Source: Tubulanus polymorphus
Lineage: Eukaryota; Animalia; Nemertea
Reading direction: 5' to 3'
Assembly (NCBI RefSeq): GCF_964204645.1
Contig: NC_134026.1
Coordinates: forward strand, 16,650,150 to 16,714,149
Length of the DNA: 64,000 bases
A program made the position numbers and the translations under genes. Of this stretch, positions 1-12,624 are shown piece by piece. How positions within the stretch are numbered: position 1 is the first letter of the stretch; every line of letters begins with the position of its first letter. The notes beneath the pieces were generated by a model. The model had not been told where the DNA came from, made no database searches, and saw only the letters and a program-made list of their open reading frames with translations.

Positions 1-270
1 AAATGATATAAATAAAAACATTATTACTGCTCCAAAACTAATGAAAGGTGAAAAAATTATTAACATATTCAATCAACAGAAACTAAAACTAAAAATATTA
101 AATTGGATAATGATTTTAAAAGAAAAGATTACGATACTACAGAAAATATAAAAACTGATAATATTCAACATGAAATAATTAAAAGTAATAATGATAATAA
201 ATCACATGAAAATACTAAATTAGCTATTACTCGTATAGGAATTGTAATGGGAGGAATATTTTATTTTTAA
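1..270 (+). pseudogene. 3' end of a Polinton gene with a hydrophobic C-terminus (5'-truncated by the window edge, frameshifted)
   Basis: Reads ...SHENTKLAITRIGIVMGGIFYF* with stop at 268-270. Same AT-rich composition and tight packing as the downstream Polinton genes. Confidence 0.5.
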
Positions 271-296
271 TCTTAATTTTTTTATTATATAAATAC

Positions 297-1636
297 ATGT
301 AGAAGGTGAAGATATTGGAATGGATACTTTTGATGAACCCGGCATAACTGAAGAACAACCGCCTGATTTTAATGAAACAAGTTTTAATGACGGTAATGAG
401 CCAGAATATAATAATAATTTAGCAGATAGTGGTTTTAATGATAATATAATATCAACAGGCGATTTTGATAGAAGAGCCTTAAACCTATATTTGAAAAATC
501 TGGATATAATATAAATGATAGAGGTGCCAGATATTTAGTAAAAGAATTAAGATCTTTAAATGGTGAATATTACTATCATTTGAAAGATGATTATTATATT
601 AATATCACTTATAAAAATCGAAACTAAAATATTAGCAGAATCAACTTTGAGTAATTTAGAATCATCTAGAATTAAAAGAATAAGTAATGGTAATGAAATA
701 GAAAATGTGACCGACACTGAAATAAATCAAAATAAAAGAGTATTTAAACAAAGAATTAATGAATTATTTGAAATAATCAATAATAATTTAGAACCAGAAA
801 CAACTTCTGAACATAATATAACTTCCAAAACTAGTAAACTTAAATCAAATAAAGTTCCAATTGAAAAACTTTTACCGAATGGATTACTTGACGCAACAGA
901 TCAAGAATTAGAAGAATTAGATATATTTTCTGATAAAGCAATTAGAGAAATTATTAGTATAAGACTTGCATCTGATAAAATTAGACCTTTAGAAAAAGAA
1001 AGAACTGATCAAATTAAAGAAATAGAACAATTAAAATTAGATAGAGATAATAAAGTTATTGAAGAAATCGAATTTAAAAAAAGAAATGCATATTTAGAAA
1101 AAGAAAAAGATGATTTAGAATATAACATAGAATTACAGGAAGAAGAAAGTGAATTATTTAAAAAATCATATGATTATAATATTAATAGATTAAAAGCTAT
1201 TTTTAAAGATTTGTTGATAAAACCAAATTCTGAAATATCATTAAAAGATAGAATAAAATTATTATTTAAACTAGAAGGTATAACAATTCTTTCAATTCTA
1301 ACAGCTGTAACTATGTTATTTACAACAATTGGTTTAGCTATTTCAAATTCATTAAAATCTACGCCTACACCCAATAAACCGGATAAACCTCCAAGTCATA
1401 ATAATTCTATACAAGATAAAGTTGAAGATGGTTTAAAAAAATTAGCAAAATATCTATGGGAACTATCTAAAAAATCTGCTGCAGCTTTACCCGGAGTTAT
1501 AGCATCAATTGTTGGTTTTGTATTAAAATCTGCGGGAAATATTCTTAGTTTTGCTGCTGAACATATTATCTTATTTTTAATTACAATTGTTAGTGCTATT
1601 ATTTTTGGGTCAGTGAATATGATAAAAAATAAATAA
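297..1636 (+). pseudogene. Polinton coiled-coil plus two-hydrophobic-segment membrane protein (broken into ORFs 320-514 and 587-1636)
   Basis: Acidic N-terminus, E/K-rich coiled coil, hydrophobic segment ITILSILTAVTMLFTTIGLAI, P-rich linker, then ALPGVIASIVGFVLKSAG...IILFLITIVSAIIFG. Lies directly upstream of the capsid gene. Confidence 0.65.
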
Positions 1637-1656
1637 TTAATTTTTTTGTTAAATAA

Positions 1657-2783
1657 ATGAGTGGGAGTTATATAAATCCTTCTAAGAATTCTAGAATATC
1701 TAATGCTATTAAAGCAGAGAGATCTCATCATATAATTACTCATAATCCTTCTAATATTAATGCTGATGAAACTTTATATGTTAGAATCCCGAGATTAAAT
1801 CAAAATACTTTTTACGTTCCAAATAGTATTTATTTGTCAGCTGATATAAATGTAACTGGTAATAATAATAATTATGTTGTAGATAATGTTGGGAGATATT
1901 TGATTAAAAAATTAACTATTAAGATTGGACCAGAAACAGTTTTCTCATTACATGTTTATAATTTATTTATGCATTTATGGTTAACAAAAGAAATTAGAAA
2001 TAATATGATATTTCAAGGCATCCAATTAGAAAACCATAATAAATTAAGATCAGAAGCTAATAATGCAATAATAACTAATGCTAAAGATAATTTGATAAAA
2101 AAGATTTATGGAAGCAAATATAAAATTAATAAAGATATGGGTTATAATTTATCGAATATATGTTTAGAATATGACACAGTAACTGATGAAAATATTGCTA
2201 GCACAATTGAAACACAATATCATGAAGGATTTTCATTATTATATGATTATATTGAAAAATTTAAAATTGTAACTATTAGTGCAAATGATGAAATAATTAA
2301 TGAGAATATTAACTTCCCAAGAAGATCTATTAAAGGTATATTAATATTTTTTACCATTGCAACATATTCTAATGGCGCAATAAAGGTAGATAATTATTAT
2401 AATAACAAAAAGTAATAACAAAAGTAGAAATAACTATTGAAGGTATAGCAAATAAAATATTTTGCCAAGGAATGAGAATGATTGATCAAAGGCCAGAAAT
2501 AAGAAAACATTTTATGAATGAAAAAGTAAAATCATTTGAAAATTGTAATATTAATCAAATTGATTATTATACCGGTAATAAATATACATTATGGTTAGAT
2601 TTTAGAACAACAGAGGATAATTTATTACATGGTTCTGGGAAAAAACTACAAAATACAAAAGATGGAATACAATTATTCATGAAAAAGGAAAAAGGAAATT
2701 TAAATTTCAAAATGCACATTTATCTTATATCTGATGCGCAATTAAATATTGTAAATTCTCAATTACGTAATATTCAATATTAA
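1657..2783 (+). pseudogene. Polinton/adintovirus major capsid protein (double jelly-roll), frameshifted near 2405 and probably internally deleted
   Basis: ITHNPSNI...LYVRIPRL, YVVDNVGRYLIKKL, YNLSNICLEYD, NFPRRSIKGILI, LWLDFRT..DN.LHGSGKKL, YLISDAQLNI resemble invertebrate Polinton capsids as I recall them. Sits next to integrase and ATPase. Confidence 0.7.
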
Positions 2784-2813
2784 AAATATAAAGCGAAAAT
2801 TAATGATATATAA

Positions 2814-3749
2814 ATGGGGGATAAAAAAACTCGAAATACTAAAGAACAATATTTAAGAAATTTATATTATAACCCTGAGAGTTTGGTTGCTTATAGGAGA
2901 TTTAATTGATATGAAAAATGTTAAGAAAGATAATTATGATTATTGGTGGATATTGAATATAATTGATATTTTTAGTCGTTATGTATGGAGCTTCCCACTT
3001 TATAGAAAAGATGCTGTACAAACATCAAATGTTTTAAGACAATTTCTTTCAGGTGGAAAGATAAAGCCAGATAAAATACAATTTGATGATGGAAAAGAAT
3101 TTGACAATTCATCTGTTCATGAACTCTTGGATTATCATAATATTAAATATTTTTCAACAAAATCGGATAAAAAAGCAGCACTTGTTAAACGATTTAATAG
3201 AACATTAAGAACAAGAATGTGGAAATATTTTACAGCAAATAATACTTTTAAATGGATTGATGTTTTACCAAAATTGATAGAAGGTTATAATAATTCTTAT
3301 CATTCTTCTATTGGAATGAAACCTAGCGATGCTAGAAAACCTGAAAATGATGAAATTGTTTGGAATAATTTATATGGAGCATTTCTTGTAGATGATTTTG
3401 GTGAACCTAAATTTAAAGTTGGTCAAAATGTTAGAATTTCTAAGTATAAAAAGATATTTGACAAAGGATACGATCGTAATTTTACTAGGGAAATATATAA
3501 AATAAAAAAGGTTATAACAACAAAACCATATGTCTATAAATTAGAAGATTTAGATGGTGAAGAAGTTGATGGGTACTTTTAAGACGAAGAATTAAGTTTA
3601 ACTACTGAAAATCTAGAACAAGAATATAAAATTGAAAACGTATTAAGAACCAAAGCTGTTAATAGAAAAAATATTCTTTAGTAAAATGGGTTGGATGGCC
3701 AGATAAATTCAATGAATGGATATAATCGAGTAAAATTAAAAATATATGA
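2814..3749 (+). pseudogene. Retroviral-type (rve) integrase with C-terminal chromodomain, Polinton type
   Basis: N-terminal LRNLYYNP, then GDLID, IDIFSRY, QFDDGKEF, VKRFNRTL (catalytic E appears mutated to K), YNNSYHSSIGMKP, KFKVGQNVRIS. After the stop at 3580-3582 the frames give YKIENVL...LVKWVGWPDKFNEWI (chromodomain). Confidence 0.9.
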
Positions 3750-4359
3750 ATGAATAAGGAATTATTTATATTTGAGCCTCATAATATGTTAATTTTCTGG
3801 TGTAACAAATTGTGGAAAAACTTATTTTATATAAAATTTTTTAGAAACTATTTATAAAAACTGTTTTGATGATATAGTATTATTTTGTCCAACGTATGAA
3901 TTTAATCAGACTTATGATAGAAATATTACTGTAAATAATAAATTTATTTTATTAGATCCTAAAACAGTTAAAGAAAATTTAGATCATTGTATTAAAATAG
4001 CAATAGATATATATAAAGGATCTAATACATTATTTATCATAGATGATTGTGCTAATCTACCTGATTCAAAAGTTAGAGAAAGTGAGTTATGCTATTTAGC
4101 TTTATTTGGGAGACATTTTGGGATAACAACATGGGTTTTAAATCAAAAATATAATTCAATTGTTAAAGATTTTAGAGAAAACATTTGATTTTTAGTATTA
4201 TTCTACAATAAAGATAGAAAATCAATGAAAAATGTGCTTGATGAAAATGATATTATCTCGCTTGATTTACACAATGAATATATGGATAAATTGAAAAATA
4301 ATAAAAGATCAAAATTACTATTTCGATTACAACACCCATTTAAATATAAATTCATTTAA
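3750..4359 (+). pseudogene. A32/FtsK-like genome packaging ATPase (frameshifted; absent from the ORF track)
   Basis: Manual translation gives MLISGVTNCGKT (Walker A), LFIIDDC (Walker B) and GRHFGITTWVLNQ (A32-type motif), with a frameshift and an internal stop. Confidence 0.85.
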
Positions 4360-4364
4360 ACTCA

Positions 4365-4504
4365 ACTAGCTTGTTAATCTAGTATATTTTAGTCACATTC
4401 TAGTCAAATCTTAGTTATTGGTAGTTCAAACAAAAATCAAATAAATTTCAACAAGAAATATATAAAAACAATAACATTTCGACTAGCTTGTTAATCTAGT
4501 ATAT
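4365..4504. repeat. 23-bp direct repeat ACTAGCTTGTTAATCTAGTATAT, two copies 117 bp apart, at the end of the Polinton block
   Basis: Exact copies at 4365-4387 and 4482-4504. Base composition changes abruptly after 4505. Confidence 0.85.
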
Positions 4505-4987
4505 ACGGCGGTTGGATACGGCGCTCGAGGCGAACGATCGCTAAATCGCCGGCGACTAAAACCAACACGGTGGATTTGGGCGATAAATAATGAATATCAG
4601 CTCAAATTAAGTTTCATATATACCTGGCAGACTGGTTTTTATTATGGACTTTCGCTTCAGCAAAGTCCATTTTGTTATCGCATATAAATATCGTTCATCC
4701 TTTGGTACAAAATAACATCCAAACGAGGCTTAGTTTCTCTTCGGAACTTTTACATCATTCAATGCAGTAATAAAAGCTCTAACCCTATTGAATTTCATCG
4801 GAATCCATTGCTTATTTATCAATTTAGTTATTTATTTGTTGTTGAAACTACATTTCGTTTCGGAAGAACACATGACCTTTTATGTATATTCATGCTTCAC
4901 ACACGTGCGCGGTGCATATACTCGCTGCTATGTGGGGTAATGATCTGTGCATGTATATGAAAAGCGCACCTCGTGTGGCCTAGTTAA

Positions 4988-5636
4988 AGGGCAAATGCCA
5001 GCAAAATTGCACTTTCCGCGATTTCTTAACCAGAAGAAACTTTAGTATACATATAACGACCTGAGATGTGACTTATTGAAAAAAGGAGCACGAATTAGCC
5101 GTAATAGTTAGCGGAATAGTTATCTATTTATCCTTCACTCCGTGCGTATAGTTCATATTCAACCAGCGGGTGGGGCTATTTATGATGTTAACTATGACAA
5201 TCAACACAAGCACATGTGCGCACTAGTACGCGTAGCCTATGTATAATCGATAAAATAAACATCATTTGTTCACCGTATTCACTGACCTACAGTGCTACTC
5301 ACTTATATACGATTATCATGGCATATACAACGGTAGCAACACTTACAATGGCAAGAGTTTATTTATTCAAATCACTCCTAAAACGATAAAATACCGCATG
5401 AAATGTCTAGTGAAATGACTGGAAGCGGCGAGCGTTTGTCAGAGATGACGTCAGAAACACGCACCTGCTAACATAAACAATAACAGTGAGCACGTGCTGA
5501 AATTGCCGATTTAAAAGTGATATTTTTCAGTAAGGGCTGAGCTAAAATTCAAACCAGTTCCATATTTGATATTTGTGAATACATCACATTTGAAAATGAA
5601 TTTTACACAATATTCTATTTTGATGGCATTTGCCCT
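4988..5636. mobile_element. Kolobok-type non-autonomous element (MITE)
   Basis: TIR AGGGCAAATGCCA / TGGCATTTGCCCT flanked by TTAA on both sides (4984-4987, 5637-5640). RR...YY termini. Confidence 0.75.
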
Positions 5637-8600
5637 TTAAAGTTTTCTTGGAAACTGCAAATGATTCAACTGCCAGGGTTCGTCGCGGCCGGCCGTGAAA
5701 AGTAGTGTATTCTATAGAATGGCAGTGAAATTGGGAAAGAGGAGAGTGAATCTTGGAAATTGTTCAATTCACGAACAAATTATCCCCAAACTTCGTACAC
5801 AGTGTATAGAAATCGTTACACCATGAGCGTGGAGAGTGTCTATTTGAGTCAAGGGGAAACCCGCTGGCATGTATATTCATGATGAATCATCATGCAGTTG
5901 TGTGTGATGGAGATCGTATCAATAGACAGATTTTTATGAAAACTTCTCGATTCAATCAAGAAGGACATCCTAGGCTTTTTGATTATTTGGAGCACGGATT
6001 CTCCGAAATTCTGCCCAAAACTTCATGCCGGAGATAGGTATTCGTTTCCATGCATAATTCAAAAAAGACATTTTTTCTCGATATTTTCCGTCCATTTGAA
6101 TTCAATCCAATAGTTTTCATTATTTTTCATTTGTTCTGCTTATAATCTCTAAACTAGACTGCCAATGTTTAATTTCGATGTTTTAAATTTAAATTTAGGA
6201 AAGTCCACACAAAGAATTTCGTTTCTTGTTTTTAGATTAAAATTAACACTTGCTCTTAGAAGGGGCCCGGCCGTCAGGATTTAATTTTTACAAATTCTCG
6301 TCATTATTTTTCCAACCAGCCCGCTGCGGAGAAACAAGGTTTCATTTGTTTAGTCTTATCGTGTTTCCTAGCTAAAAGTTAAGCTTGTGAGCCAAACAAT
6401 TTTGAGCTAATAAAAGGATCAATTAATCGGTAGTGGGTGCATCTGTAGCATTCTCAACATGTGCGCTTGTGCGCACCCTTAAAGTAGAAGAATACAAGGA
6501 AAGTGTGTGAGGAAGATAGTTCAAGAAAACTAGGCCCCGTAACTTTTTTCGGGGACAAAGGTTTGACAGTAGATCCAGAATCAGAAAGGGAAAGATGGGT
6601 ACCCCTCGCAAAAAATGTGGGCAACGTCCCCCCGGGGCCAAATCCAAAATGGCCGCCAGAAATACCTACAGCCCATTATCGCCAGAGTAGTATTTAGTAA
6701 CCATCATAAGACGTGAAGTAACTAAGAGGCTAAAGGTTAGTTTAGCATATCGAAATGTATCTTTAGTAGAAAAAGGTGACCGGACGTCCCGTCAATTTCA
6801 AAATATTGCGTCCGAGACAAGTGGTACTGTTCACTTTCTATTTGACTCAAATTCCGAATTGATGGCCTGAAATCAAAGGAAAGGGACCTGAAATTGCCCC
6901 TAAAATGAGGAAAATATCTAAATATTACTCACCCCATGATGACGACAGTGTTATTCAAACTTCGTAGGGTATTACCACAATTATCGTAAACATCTTCATA
7001 TGTTAAACTTGATATTAGTATTGAAGACAATAAACTATTATCCGGTCATTGTGAGAATCAGATGTTTCTTTCTCTAGATGTTATTTATTCACCAGCTGTA
7101 AAATTCTCCGGTCATATTATCAATCTAAACATAGTACATGGATACATTAAATTATCTGATATGTGTTCATCAAAAAGTGCGACATCAGGCTCGGATACAG
7201 GGAGTGGGTTTTTATGGGTTAGAACCCACTTCTTTTTTGGTAGATTGCCCTTTCCACAAGTGGCTCTGAAAAATCCGGTCTCTAGCAAACCAAAAAGGAG
7301 AAAAGTCGTCTCTATATCAATCTCAAAGCCAAGGAAGGGCAACATATTAATTCGTCGAGGCAAATAATTAAACAAAAAAAAACAAAAAGCTTTTTTGTGC
7401 ATGCGCATATACAACTTGAAGAAACCGATTGATAAATTACGAGTTAGAGGACGACGTGTGCTTTAAAACATATCCTGCGGGGTTTAGGTTAAAAAATGAT
7501 ACCTCGTTTCTCCACTTTGCTGAGCTTATGTTGACCCAATCGGCCACCTATCTGCCCTGAGGAGTTATTTTTCTTAAACCATGATCAGGCATACAATAGA
7601 CACGGCAGCTATAGAAATGAAAAGATGAAAACATTTTATTGAAACTAACAAAATGACCCGGCCGCTGCGGAAAAAAAGGTATTCTTTTTTCAGCCTTAGG
7701 CTTTATTATTGGTTTCCTGAAACCGTCAACTTGAATTCACGCTGATCAGGTGACTTTCTCGTTTCTTATAGCGAATCATGTTGCTTGATTCCACGGGAAA
7801 TGAAATAACGCCCTACACTACAGATTCTGATGTTTATTTATCATATCAACTTTGGGACCGTCTCAAAATGTCAATAGGCTAAGCACCTCCAGTTAAATGT
7901 ACCATTTACATGTACCGCCAAAATTTTTGACAATTACGTGGCGTTATAACGAGCTTTGACTATAGTATGGTTGTGTTTGAAAAATTGACATTTCCTTTCG
8001 TTTTTCCTTTCGTATTTAAGCACTTCTCACAAATGAGTTAAAATTTCGTAATTTCGTTTCGTAGATTCGGTAATTTCGTAGTTTCTAAAGTCTAATTCAG
8101 TCTATGCACTATTCACTCGATATTATTAAATGAGTGAATTGAAGTATTCACACGCAGAAAGGCTAAATGATTCGAGCCATGCAATTAAATTTTACTCGGG
8201 CTTTCTCTGACCTGCTGACATTAATAGTTAAACCTAGATCCAAAACGTTCATGTAGTCATGGCTTGTATACCAGAAATCATTTAGGCCTGTACATTTTGC
8301 TGTATGAAGGTTTGGTATACCAATTTTGCTAATCTTGACTGCTTAGTGTACGGTACAGCTGTATGCATTATACAATTGTACCAATGGGAATAGGGCCTAT
8401 TGATTGGGCTTATTATTTCCTGCTTTTGAATACTGAAATAAGCATAACGTTCATTCAAATATCCAATGAAGTTAAATGGTCAAGGAGAGTCAACACCAAG
8501 ATATCTTGACTGCTGTTGCACCATAGAAGATCTGATTCTTTCAACTCTAGCAAAGTGATTCAACACGATCGACATAACACTGGAATAGGTTTGCAGTGAC

Positions 8601-8956
8601 TAACAGTTCATTTCATTTAGTCCTATGTACTTTTTAGCCAATTTGGAGAAACTTGATCAATTCAAAATTTATTTATTGACGCTTTTGGTTACATGAACTG
8701 ATCAGCAATATACTTAAAGTAAACTTACGTAGTAAACCTGTCGGACTCGCGAACGCCGGGAAAGAAATGTCGGAAGAAAACACAACATGGCTACTAATTG
8801 AACAGGGCCAAATTTCCGATGTTTACGGCTCGACAGTGCCTTTATAACGTGGATTTATCAAAATTACCATGCAGTATCTGGAGGTTGAAGTGAGGCGAAG
8901 GTAAGGTAAGTAAGCCTGGCCCGTGTAAAAGTCGGCCTCGATCAAAATGTTCGACG

Positions 8957-10360
8957 GTGATGTTGCATGTTTTAACGGAACCAGACAATTATAATTTGGA
9001 ACGTTTCTGGAAGTTAGATACTATAGGTATAGAGAACCCGGGTGTAGAATCAAACAATTTTTTGAAGGAATATTTACAGACAAGTATTTCAAGAGAGGGG
9101 TCTATATACCAAGCGAAGCTTCCTTGGCGGGTGAGCCACGGACCGCTACCGCCAAACTATTCTGTGACATTTGGCCGCACTAGGTCTTTAATTCGACGAT
9201 CAAGGGAACAATCGTTGTTAAAACTAGTAACATGGTATAATAAGATATCAGTTGGAGCATGACTTCATTAAGAGCGTGTCCAATAGGGTGCACTACATCC
9301 CGCATCACGCTATTCTAAGATATTCCAAAACCATTCCTATTAGGATAGTGTTTGACTGCAGCTGCAAAAGATTTTAAAAAACGATTTAAGTCTAAATGAT
9401 TGTCTTGAATTGGGACCCTGTCTTCTCACTTCCATCCTTCTACGTTTTAGACTTAATAAGTATGCTGTAATTCTTCCTGACTTAGATAGAGACTGGACTT
9501 TTGGTTGAACGATCTTTTGGATCCAGAAGGTGCATTTGATGTATATAGATTTAAACGGGTCCGTTTTGGAGCTAAATGCTCTTCTTTTATGTTAAATAGC
9601 ACCGTTATCTACCATCTGCGATACAACTTTAAAGGTAAATTTGCTAATTTACAATCGTTGCATTGTTCGGAAATCAGACAGGGTTTACAGGACTCTTCTA
9701 GAAAGAAAAAACTTTCAGTTATCAATCAATTAAAGTTGTATCTTGTTGATGACAATGTAATTAGACGTAAAGGGCGGTTACAGAACGCTGATTTGGGATT
9801 TGACAGCAAGCATCCTATATTCATATCAAAACTTTGCGTGATTTCTCGGCTTATCATCTACGATGCACACAAATGTTATGCATTTTGGTACCACAGCCAC
9901 GGTTTGCAAAATTCGGGAAAAATTTTGGATTCCACAAATACGGCAAGCTGTTAAATCCCAGGTCAACAAGCGCGTTACCGGTCGTAAATTTTCCGGTAAA
10001 CCATTTTTGTTGCCTGATCCTCCTCCACTACAGCGATACAGGGTTTCCAGGTGCCCACCTTTCTTCTCATACGGCGTTGATTATTGTGGGCCATTTACGG
10101 TAGATAGCGGTATTTGCTACATATATTTGTTTACGGTAACGAGAGCAGTTCATCTCGAAGTGGTACTTAGTAATTCCACTTCAGACTTCATCAGGTGTTT
10201 TCGGAGTTTTTCAGCTCGCCGATCCCTTACACGGAAGTTGATTTCGGACAACGCTAGCACGTTTGTCAACGCTAATTCTGAACTTGAACGTATATTTGAT
10301 TCCTCGAGTATTTCGAACTATTTTTCTCACCGTCAGATAGACTGGCATGATCCGTTTTGA
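8957..10360 (+). mobile_element. BEL/Pao LTR retrotransposon pol remnant (RT, integrase), heavily deleted
   Basis: LERFWKLDTIGI, YQAKLPW, YIPHH..., IRIVFDCS, SLNDCL..GP, YRFKRVRFGAKCSSF, GRLQNA, IREKFWIP, GVDYCGPF, TRAVHLEVV, ISDNASTF. Confidence 0.9.
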
Positions 10361-10465
10361 TTAAATATAATTAAATCACATCCTAATGTTCACAACCAAT
10401 ACATACTAGAATTTTGGCATTTTTAATAACAGATAACCAGTTTGTGATGTACAACACGTTACATG

Positions 10466-11429
10466 AAGACCGTAGATAAAACTCAAATAAAGGAGCATAT
10501 AGAATCATTCCATCCATATCAGCCATTACAGGAGAGAACATGCTCCTAACCGTCGATATCTACCGTCAGACGTAACCATCATATCAATGTTAAATGGTTT
10601 GAAGGAAACCTATCCCCATGTCCAGTGTTCTTACTCGACCTACAGAAATACTGTTTCTGAAATGGGTATAAGTTTAACCAAATTGGGAGAGGAACAGTGT
10701 GAATATTGCCTAGCATATGGAATACACCGAAAGGCTGTAATTCAAGACAACTGTGCTTGCGAAATATGCCGCAACCAAATTGTCCACATTGATAGAGCAC
10801 AGAATGGACGGTTGTATTATAAAAGGGATGCCGAATCCGAAGAACAGCACACTATTATAAGGGCAGTCGATTTACAAAAGGTTATCATGTTGCCTCGCAT
10901 ACCTGGAGTCAAGATAACATTTTTCACAAAACGTCGTGTGGCATATCACGAGACATTTGCTTCCGTCGGAGAAAAACGTCAAAACAAAAGACGTCATATA
11001 TCATTAATTTGGCATGAGGGTATCGCTGGTCGTTCGGCTGAAGAAACGACGTCAGCATTTTACAAAGCTCTTTTGAGAGACAAATAATTTGAGCACATCA
11101 TTTACTGGCTTGACAATTGTTCAAGCCAAAATAAGTGTTACAGTCTTTTTACCGCACTGGTTGTGTTAGTCAACTCGTCTGTGATCCGGCCAATAGTATA
11201 ATACTGAAGTATTTTGAGCCTGGGCGCACATTCATGGCTGCAGATAGCGTACACGTAGGCGTTGAGGCCCAATTAAAGAAAATTCCTTTCAGAACTGTGT
11301 ATAACTTCATTGATTTTAGCAAAGGTATATCTGATTCAAATGCTTTGAACATGGATGTTGTGGAAATGGCCAATGAAGATTTTCATCATTGGACAGGGAA
11401 TCAATCAGCAGCAAGACTTAAGAAACCTG
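10466..11429 (+). pseudogene. Sola1-type DDE transposase, 5' part (interrupted by Harbinger)
   Basis: IKEHIESF, SHYRREHAPNRRYLP, CEYC, DLQKVIMLP, WHEGIAGRSAEE, WLDNCSSQNK, KYFEPGRTFMAADSVH. Confidence 0.75.
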
Positions 11430-11626
11430 GGCCCGCTTCCATAGTCGAGACTTAAGCCCAAAAAGTGGTCTTAAATCTTAAGTCCGGTCTTATTTTTTTA
11501 AGACCGGACATATTCTGTTCCAGAGAGAAGACTTAAGCCACAGTCTTAAGTCTAATATTTGTAAGTCCGTTCATTAGTGGACTTAAATATTTAAGACCGG
11601 TCTTAACATCTAAGGAAAAATACAAA

Positions 11627-12566
11627 ATGGCGCATTTACTTTTGGGAATCATTTTGCCAGCTCGAAAAGAAAGAGAATTTCGTCGGTTAGGTAACCCATT
11701 AGAGGTATTTACCGCTGATGAGTTGAAAGAACGGTTTCGATTCAGGCCAGAGGGTATCGATTTTCTCGTGAGAACATTCGGAGCCGTGTTGACGCCTATA
11801 CTGCATAACGAAAGAGGGAAACCAATCTCAGTAGTTTGGCAGATTTTAATCGCGCTTCGGTTTTATGCCACAGGGCATTTTCTGCAAGTAATTGGGGATA
11901 CTTTTGGTATAGCGAAGAGTTCCGTTTCACGCATAATAACTCGAATAACAAATGCAATCGTTGACCAGATACCAAGAGTTGTTAGATGGCCAACCGACGA
12001 AAATACAAAGCGCGAGATAATGCAAGGATTCTATGACATAGCCCATCGGGAGGTAAGTTTCGCATTTTCAAGAATTGTATTGAATATATATGTGTGCGTG
12101 CGTGCGTGTTACCAACTGAGGCGATAACACTAAATATCCTTTGTATAATAGGTATTTTGAGGAAAATCCTGCAATCGGAGGATTGAGAAATGGACTGGTT
12201 TTTGGAGACAGCGGTTATCCATTAAAACCGTACTTGATGACCCCATTTCATCAGCCCGGAGATAGGTCGGAAGGGAATTATAACAGTGCTCATAAGATGA
12301 CTCGGAGCCTCATTGAAAGAACATTTGGAGTGTTGAAGCGTTGTTTCCACTGTCTTCATGGCGAAATTCGTATGGAGCCAGAAAAAGTTTGTAAGATATT
12401 TTCGGCGTGCACGGTTTTGCATAATATAGCGATCAACTTGAATGAACCTTTAGATTTTGATGAAAACTTTGAAGTCGATCTGCCAGAACAAGAGGCTGTT
12501 CGTGAAGTATTTGGAAATCGCTGGCAAGAAACAAGAAATCACATTGTTCAAGAATATTTTTTGTAA
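11627..12566 (+). pseudogene. Harbinger (HARBI1-like) transposase, two exons, catalytic middle deleted
   Basis: ERFRF, ALRFYATG, GDTFGIAKSSVSRII, GDSGYPLKPYLMTP, IERTFGVLKRCF, ACTVLHN. Intron gtaagt (~12053) to ag (~12151). The IDxTH and PGSxHD segments are missing. Confidence 0.85.
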
Positions 12567-12624
12567 AAATTTAACATCAAATATATATTATTTGAGAAAT
12601 ATATACAGTTCTTCAAAATTTGAT

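Noticed and set aside
1-4500. Bacterial prophage or contaminant (AT-rich, operon-like gene packing)
   Set aside because: The rve integrase with chromodomain, A32 ATPase and capsid are Polinton hallmarks, and the block is contiguous with animal TEs.
4360-4510. Right TIR of the Polinton
   Set aside because: No similarity to the PolB-proximal end and no TSD. The block looks truncated at an internal repeat.
7112-7414. Penelope-like RT fragment (LPFLGFEI...LETGFFR)
   Set aside because: A single weak motif with no YxDD or GIY-YIG nearby.
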